Assembly (NCBI RefSeq): GCF_963921235.1
Contig: NC_086109.1
Coordinates: 26,104,001-26,164,000, forward strand
Source of the DNA: Mobula hypostoma
Lineage: Eukaryota
Length of the DNA stretch: 60,000 bases
Direction: 5' to 3'
Shown here: positions 52,186-60,000 of the stretch, one piece after another
Numbering within the stretch: position 1 is the first letter of the stretch
Layout of the letters: every line of letters starts with the position of its first letter
Made by a program: the position numbers and the translations under genes
Notes under the pieces: model-generated
Told to the model about the DNA's origin: nothing
Seen by the model: only the letters and a program-made list of their open reading frames with translations
The model's database searches: none

Positions 52186-52920
52186 TTGACTTGATTTGAA
52201 ACTTGACTTACCCTGCATTTATTTCAATTTTACAAGGCTTAACAGGTCAGACAGATGAACTTGGGGGAATAACCCAGTGAGACCATATGGGCAAAACTTA
52301 GAAATGCTACTTACAAACTTACATGGAGCAGTAATACAAACATTCACCCCACCACCCCCTCACCCATCCCAGTAGTCAATGGGATAATGGGAACAGGAGG
52401 AGCAAGTGTGTAGGGAAATCACTCATAGCTGTAAGAATAATGTGTTTGTATTAGTGGGAGATTTTAATTTTCCCAGTAATGACTGCCCCACCCACATTGT
52501 TAATTTCAGGTGAAATTTATAAGGCAGATCCAAGACAGTTTTCCTGAATCAATATACAAGACAACCCTAAATAGGATTGTGTAATATTACGACTCTTCTG
52601 AGAGAACAAGGTAGGGCAAGCAATGTAAGTGGCAACCGGGGAGCACTTTGACTCCAGTGACCATAATTCTGTAAGACAGTGATGGAAAAGGATAGGATAG
52701 GTCAACAGGTTAAGGCCTGAAATTGGAACTGAGCTAATTTTGGAGGAGTTAGGCAGAATCTAGCATACGTCAATTATGTGAGCTTGTTTGAAGGGAAAGG
52801 AACAAATGGCAATTGGGAGGCTTCTGAAAGTGGGATATCAAGAGTCAAGAAGCAACATGTTCCTGTTAGGGTGAAGAGGGAACCTGGTAAGATTAGGAAA
52901 TTCTGGCTGACAAGAGATCA

Positions 52921-55398
52921 GCTCACCCTGAAATGGAGACACCTCTTTCTCCCTTATTTGGGGGGAGGGGGGAGGGGGGAGGGGGGAGGGAGGGAGAACA
53001 AACGCGCGCACGCGCGCCCCTGTGGTATGTCGAATACCATATGAACGAGTAGTCTTTGGAGTACTGCAAGTCTGTGTCTTTGCTGTTGCTTTGCTGCACG
53101 CTTGAGTGCTCGGTGTTGGGTGCTGATGCTTTTTTTTTTGATGGTGGGGAGGGGGATCATTGCTTTGCTGCTGCTTACGCGTGGGGGGGAGCTGTGGGGT
53201 TCTAACATTTAACTGTCATTCATTCTTTGGGGGCATTCCTCTGATTTCATGGATGGTTGCAAAGGAAAAGCATTTCAGGATATATATTGTATACATTTCT
53301 CTGACATTAAATGTACCTTTGAAACCTACTCTTCTTGAACACTAGTATGATCATTGCCCTGTTGATGCAGGTGGGAATCTCCAATTGCAGTAGTGAGAGA
53401 CTGAAGATGTCCTTGAACAATCCCACCTGGTGGTTGGCACAGGTTTTCAGTGTCCTACCTGATATACTATCGGGGCCCAACACCATGTGCCCTGCACTCC
53501 AAGTCAGTAAAACCAAGGAATTGATTGTGAACCTCAGGTAGGGGGGGAAAATGAGGGATCACGCACCAGTCCCCTTAGTGGGATCAGTAGTGGAAAGGGT
53601 GAGCAGTTTCAAGCTCCTGGGTGTCAACATGTGAGGATCTATCCTGGGCCCAACATAATGACGCAATTACAAAGAAGGCATGACGACAGCTCATTAGGAA
53701 TTTGAGAACTGATACCTCACCAAAGACAATCAAATTTCTACAGATGGGACCGTTCAGAGAATTCTCACTGGTTGCATCATTATCTGGTATAGAAAGGCCG
53801 CTGTACAGGGTGAGCATTTTCAAATTCTGGGGTGAAAACACCTCTGAACATCTATCCTGGGCCCAACCAAGACGGCACAACAGTGGTTATATTTTATTAG
53901 GAGTTTGAGACTCGACATGTCACCAAAGACTAGCAAACTTCTACTCACTTTACACTATGACTGTATGGCTAAGCACAGCTCCAATTTCATATTCAAGTTT
54001 GCCAATGACAACACTGTGGTAGGCCAAATCAAAAGATGGTGATGTATCAGCATATCAAACAGCGATTGAAAATCTGGTTGAATGGTGCCATAACTACAAC
54101 TCTAACTTGCTTACTCAATGTCAGAAAGACCAAGGAGCTGATTATTGACTTCAGGAGAAGGAAGCCAGAGGTCTATGAGCCAGTCCTTATCAGGGGATCA
54201 CAGGCAGGGAGGATCAGCAACCTTACATTCCTCAATGTTATCATTTCAGAGGAACTGTCCTGGGCCCAGCATGTGACAGCAATTACAAAAAAAGCACAAC
54301 AGTATCTCTACTTCGTAAGGAGTCTGCAGAGATTCGGCATGACATTGAAAACTTTCACAAACTTCTACAGATGTGTAGTGGACAGTATATTGACTGGCTG
54401 CATTACTGGCTGTTTCCTGCAATGGAAACACCAATATCTTTGAACGGAAAATCCTACAAAAAGTAGTGGATATGGCACAATCCCTCACATGAAACCCTCC
54501 CCACCGCTGAGCCCATCTACACAAAGTGTTATCACAGGAAAGCAGCATCTATCATCGAGGGCCCACACCACCCAGGTCATGCTCTTCTCACTGCTACCAT
54601 CAGGAAGAAAGTACAGAAACCTCAGGATTCACACCACCAAGTTCAGGAATAGTTACTATCCCTCAACCATCAGGCTCTTGAACAAAGGGGATAAATTTAC
54701 ATTTCCTATCATTGAAATGTTCTCACAACCCATGGACTCACTTGCAAGGACTCCATTTATTTTTGTACTTGCAGTTTGTCTTCTGCACACTGGTTGAATG
54801 CTGAAGTTGGTACAATCTCATTGTTTCTGTTACGGATTTATTAAGTATATGCCTGCAAGAAAATCAATCTCAGCTGTATATAGTGACATACATGTACTTT
54901 GATAATAAATTTAGTTTGAAAGCATTCTAACTGGTTGCATCACTGCCTGGTATAGAGAAGCCACGGCAAAGGATCAGAAAAAAAAACGCAGAAAGTTGCA
55001 AACTCAGCCAGCTCCATCATGGGCACCGGACGGACGGACGGGTGCAGCCATCGTTAAGGAACCCCATCATCCAGGACATGACCTCTTCTCGTTGCTATCA
55101 TCATGGAGTCAGCACAAGAACCTTAATAAGCACTCGTCTTAGGAATAGCTTCTTCCCCTCTGCCAGATTCGTGAACAGACAATGAATCCATGCAGACTAC
55201 CTCACGATTTTTGGGGCTCTTTTTGAACTATTTATTTTATACACATGCATTTTTATTTATTTATATATTTGTTACATGTATACACACATACATACACTAA
55301 TTGTAATTTAATTCATTTTTATGTATTGCACTGTTCTACCGCAAAAACAAATGTCACAACTTATGCTAGTGATATTAAACCCAATTCTGATTCTGTTC
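52921..55398 (+). mobile_element. Cluster of Rex1/L2-type LINE fragments
   Basis: Repeated KTKELIxxxR, LSWAQH, NFYRC and LPSGRKYR peptides. Several 3' UTR ends. Confidence 0.8.
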
Positions 55399-55980
55399 TA
55401 TTGACACCCTATCAAAAAGGGAGCTTATTCATATCTGTTTAGGTCAGGGATAAGTGAACCCCTTAATGACTATAAAGATTAACAATATTGTACACACAAG
55501 AGGGAAACCAGGAAGGCAGAGAGTTTAGGAGAAGGAACTGGCAGGTCAATTCAAGGAAAATTCCAAGAGGTACTATAGCTACATTAAGAGTAAAGAGTGG
55601 TTAGGGAGAGAGCAGTTCCCTTTAGATATCAGCAAGGCCACCTAGCACTCGAGCCACAGGAGATGGGTGGGATTAATAAACAAACATTTCTCCTGTGTTT
55701 ACGCTGAGGGAAAAAAAACATAGTTACTAAAGATAAGAGAAGCAAGAGAAGATGATTCAGAGGACATCCATATTACCAGGGAGGAGATATCTGCAGCTTT
55801 ACAGCACATTAAGGTGGATAAATTCCCAGGGAATGACCGAGTATATCTTCTATTTACTTCATTGTTAGCTACTGGTGAAGTTTCTGAAGACTGGAAAGTG
55901 GCTCATGTCATTCTGTTATTGAAGGATAGCAAGATGTCAAGGAGTCACCGGCCAGTCAGCTTGACGTCAGTACTGGGGAA

Positions 55981-58457
55981 CTATGTTGCCTCTAAGCTGT
56001 GCGCGCGCACACACGTTTTTCAACCAGCGCACAAAGGAAATTAATGTGCGCACAAAAGGTTAGTTACCTAAAGTAATGTAGTAATTAATTATACTTATTG
56101 AAAATAATCTTTTAGCCAAACGTTCCTGTTAACTAGTTAGTCGGTTTTTCAAATACAACAATGCACGTCACTAATTTACGTCACCTCACCTTTCCTGTTC
56201 CGGTTTGTACAGCTGCATCACAGTGGCAGCCATCTTTGGCAAACAGTGTTCATATCGTAAAGTTTACAAAGATCTGTTTCCAATCCTGTAAATAGCTTAC
56301 TAAGTTTTTATTGAAGAAAATATTGATTCACTATGTCAAATTCAAAAGAAGCGAAGGGCGTGAAGCACAAAAGAACTGCAAATTTGTTTAAAGTTGAATG
56401 GCTTAACAAAATAGTAGAGACTGCTACACCGAAAGCTCATGAAGTCATGAACGTTCAGCTACAAGAAATATTTATGTATGATTCAGACACTGGAGTTATG
56501 TTTGTATTGTCATGATGTGAAAGTTGCTGGAGAATTTGCTAGTGGAAAGAAGTGGGATAATATTTGGAAAATTGACTTTTTGAAGTGTCATTTGGCAAGT
56601 AAATTGCATTTGGATGGTGTACAAAAGCTTAGGCAACAGAACCCGTCATTACCTGTTACAGGAGTGCTACGCATGTCACGGTTGAGTGCAGATGAGCAAG
56701 AGCAAAAACGATCAAACCCAGAGGAGATCAAAGTTCTTATCGACAGTGTGTTGTTAGCTGTTAAAATGAATAACTCTTTACATTCAGTTCAACACATTAA
56801 TGAACATATGGAAAAGTATGTTCAACTCCCAGACAGCTGGCGAAGCAAAAATGCGTTCGAATTTCTGAAGACCATCATCTATATTGTTCAGAAAGACATG
56901 TTTGAAGAAGTAGCATCAGCAGATTTTCACACGTTAGCAGTTGATGAAACCACAGACATATCTGTCAACAAATGTCTCATTCTATACTTCAAATTCAGAT
57001 CTAAAGATTGAACTGTTTATAAAACGTTTTTTGGCGGAATAGATCAGCTGCAGGCGTGTGATGCTTCTTCTACTGTTTCAGCAATCAAGCAGTTTTATGA
57101 AGAGAAGAAACTTGACCTCCATAAAATGGTGATGCTTACGTCTGATGGAGCGTCAGTACTGTTGGGCAGAGTTAATGGTGTTGCAGCAAGAATTAAACAG
57201 GACATTCCACACGTAGTTCAGCAACAGTGTAGCACACCGTGAAGATCTGGGAATTTGTGATGCACGGAAAGAAGTCAAGTTAATCAGAGACACTGAAACT
57301 TTGATGAGAACAATCTATACAATGTTTTCTCGATCTGCAGTTAAAAGATGCAAATTTAAAGAAATTGCAGAGGCCTCTGAAAATGAAGCTATTGCTCTCA
57401 GACCACTTAATGAAGTCAGATGGTTATCTAGACACTTTGCATTGCAGGCAATAATAAAAAATTATGAGGCACTGATCACATACTTTGAAGATCATCAGTC
57501 AAATGATCCTGTGGCTAAATACTGTCGCAAGAAATTGATAAACATCACATACAAAGTAGCTTTACAGGTTTTAAGTGATGTCTTTAATGAACTGGTTGCA
57601 TTGTGCAAGATTCTGCGAAGGAGTGGCCTGACACTGATTGATTCACGTCATTTTGCACGAGGCAAAATTAACAAGATAAGAAAGCAATATTTGGGAGACA
57701 ATGTTTCATGGAGTTTTGTTAAGCCAACGTGAAGAAAACGTCACAGTAGATACAAGTTCGCTGTTGACTTTTCTAAATAGTCTTTGTGTTCATTTAGAAG
57801 AAAGGTTTCCTGAAGATGAGGTACAAGAATGGTCAGCTTTTGATTTCTCCGCATTTGCAGATTGTGACTTCACATTTGGCGATGAACAAGTTAATGCCTT
57901 ATGTCTAAAATATCATGATTTTCTAGCTGAAAATACTGTAATAGATAGTTTAATGATTTCAAATTTTCCATGCAAGAAAAAAAATTAAATCCAAACTGAT
58001 TTCAGACTTGGCTCAAATGGTGGCATTTGTACTTCAAAATGAACAGTTTTGCAACCTCGCAGTTGATGGACATTGGGGGAACCTTTCTTGGGACTGTAAG
58101 CGAGGTTTTAGCCTCATGAATCCACTCAAAAACAAGCTGAGAAACCATTTAGGTGAATGTCATTTGGATACGTTAATGAGAATCAAAAGCTATCAATTGG
58201 ATGGAAGTTCTATTAGTCTAGATAGAGTTTACAAAGAATGGGTAAATGCCAAAGACAGGAGAGACAAAAACAACTGAGTGAGTTAAATATGTATGTTATT
58301 TTGTTATTCTGTGCAGTTTTATGTCAAATATTTTGTAAAACTACATAAACTGTGCCATGTGTGCATTCAGTGCACACATACCTTTGTCACAGGAAAAAAA
58401 ATTGCACAACATAAGATTTTTGCGCACACTGACTACTAAAAATTAGAGGGAACATTG
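55981..58457 (+). mobile_element. Full-length hAT DNA transposon
   Basis: Perfect 8-bp TSD CTGGGGAA (55973-55980 and 58458-58465). 15-bp imperfect TIRs CTATGTTGCCTCTAA and TTAGAGGGAACATTG. Confidence 0.95.
56333..58277 (+). pseudogene. hAT transposase (ZNF862/Tip100-like), disrupted
   Basis: LAVDETTD, TSDGA, EVRWLS and DCKRGFS (E to K) motifs spread over several frames, with stops. Confidence 0.9.
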
Positions 58458-60000
58458 CTGGGGAATATCCTGACAGGAATTCTGAGGACATTCTAACAGC
58501 ATTTGAATAGGCAGTCTGATCAGGAGTCAGTATGGCTTTGTGCATGCAAAGTCGTGCTTTACAATATTTTATGCGGCTTTTGAAGAGGAGATGAGAAGAA
58601 TAGACGATGTTAGGACAGTGGATGTGCTCTACTGGATTTTAGCAGGACTTTTGACAAGTTCCTGCATGGGAGGCTGGTTTGGAAGGTTAGGTCCTTTGGA
58701 ATCCAGCAAGAGCTACTTCGGTGGCTTCAAAATTAGCTCAGAGGTAGGAAGCAAAGGGTGGTAGTTGAGGACTGTTTCTAGGAATGGGGGCCAGTAACTA
58801 TTGATGTGCCTCAGGGGTCAATGATGGAACCATTTTCTTTGTTTTTATATAAATGATTGGGATGTGAATACACAAGGTTTGATCAGCACATTTGTTATTG
58901 ATTAAATGTTATTGATAGTGAAGCTCATCATAGATTACAGGAGAATCTTGATCAGTTAGGAAAGCGGGCCAACAAGTGGCAAATAGATTTCAATAGAAAT
59001 TAGAGTGAGAGGATACATTTTGGAAAGAGAGCACAAGGCATACTGTGAATGGTAGGCCACTAGGGATCGTAATAGAAAAGAGAACTGGTAGCATAAATGC
59101 AGTTATTAAAAGTGGCATCACACATAGAAAGGGCAGTGAAGGTGTTTTAACACACAACGGCCTTTTGTCAGGATAATGAGTTTAGGAGATGGAACATGCT
59201 GCAGTTGGTTATGTTGTTAGTAAGGCCGAACTTGTACTACGTACATTTTTGGTCATCCTATTATTGGAAAAACATTGTCAAGTTGGAAAGACTGCAGAAA
59301 AGATTTATGAGAACTTTGTCAGGACTAGAAGGCCTGAGTAACAGGGTGAGTTGGCTAGGCTAGATCTTTATTACTTGGAACATAGGAAACTCAGGGACAA
59401 CCTTACAGAAGTGTTGAAAATTATGAAAGACATTGATGAGGAGGATGGTAACCGTCTTTTCCTCCGGGTAGGGGAGTCCCAAAAATAGGAGGCATGGATT
59501 TAAGGTGAGGGGAAATATTTAAAAGGGATAACTTTATCCACGCAGATGGTGGTGAGTATATGGGATCAGCTGCCAGAGTAAGTGGTTGAGACAGGAACAA
59601 TGGGATTATTTAGCAAGCACTTGGATCGGCATGTGGAGGAACAGGGCTTAGATATGGGCCAAACACAGGAAACTGTAACTAACAGGGTGGACAGCATGTT
59701 CAACATGGACTGGCTGGGCCAAAGGGCTAGTATCCTATTGCCCCATGGCCATAATTCTTAATAGAACTCATTCCCCTTCAGATATTCTGGGCATCAGTAC
59801 TGACCAGACAATGGGAAAAGCCATTTATAGGTACTGTGGTAGCAAGAAACAGTCTGAGGCTAGGTATTCTGTAACACATGTTTACCTTAACGCAATCCCA
59901 CAAACTACTACAAATTTTTAATGATATAGGCCAGATGAATTTAATTAACTTTTTTAAACAAAGACCAATCAGCACTTAAGTTTTCTTTCTCCATTGACGT

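Larger units (their letters stand above)
52400..59720 (+). mobile_element. Long old CR1 LINE in pieces (about 52400-52918, 55400-55980 and 58458-59720) hosting nested insertions
   Basis: Endonuclease remnants VGDFNFP and SDHNS, then EDWKVAHV...RPVSLTSV, then RT and 3' end remnants in collinear order. Confidence 0.75.

Overview
This is eukaryotic (vertebrate) genomic DNA, most likely from a cartilaginous fish (ray, skate or shark), inferred from its CR1, Rex1, V-SINE and Penelope repeat content. It is not prokaryotic: there are no operons or CRISPR arrays. The window holds most of a minus-strand SR-protein kinase gene, best matching SRPK1. Twelve coding exons (equivalent to human exons 3-14) map with consistent splice phases between 21600 and 6776. 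The last two exons and canonical exons 1-2 were not found and probably lie outside the window. A candidate alternative first coding exon sits at 28972-29042. The intron between exons 6 and 7 is a minor-spliceosome (U12) intron that has absorbed about 4.4 kb of nested CR1 sequence. The rest is intronic and rich in nested transposons: CR1 and Rex1-type LINEs, a near-complete Tc1, a hAT with an 8-bp TSD, a Harbinger derivative, a MER2-like Tigger derivative and V-SINEs. The most unusual signals are Penelope-derived segments carrying minimal hammerhead-ribozyme motifs, one on the pre-mRNA strand, and long fold-back hairpins.
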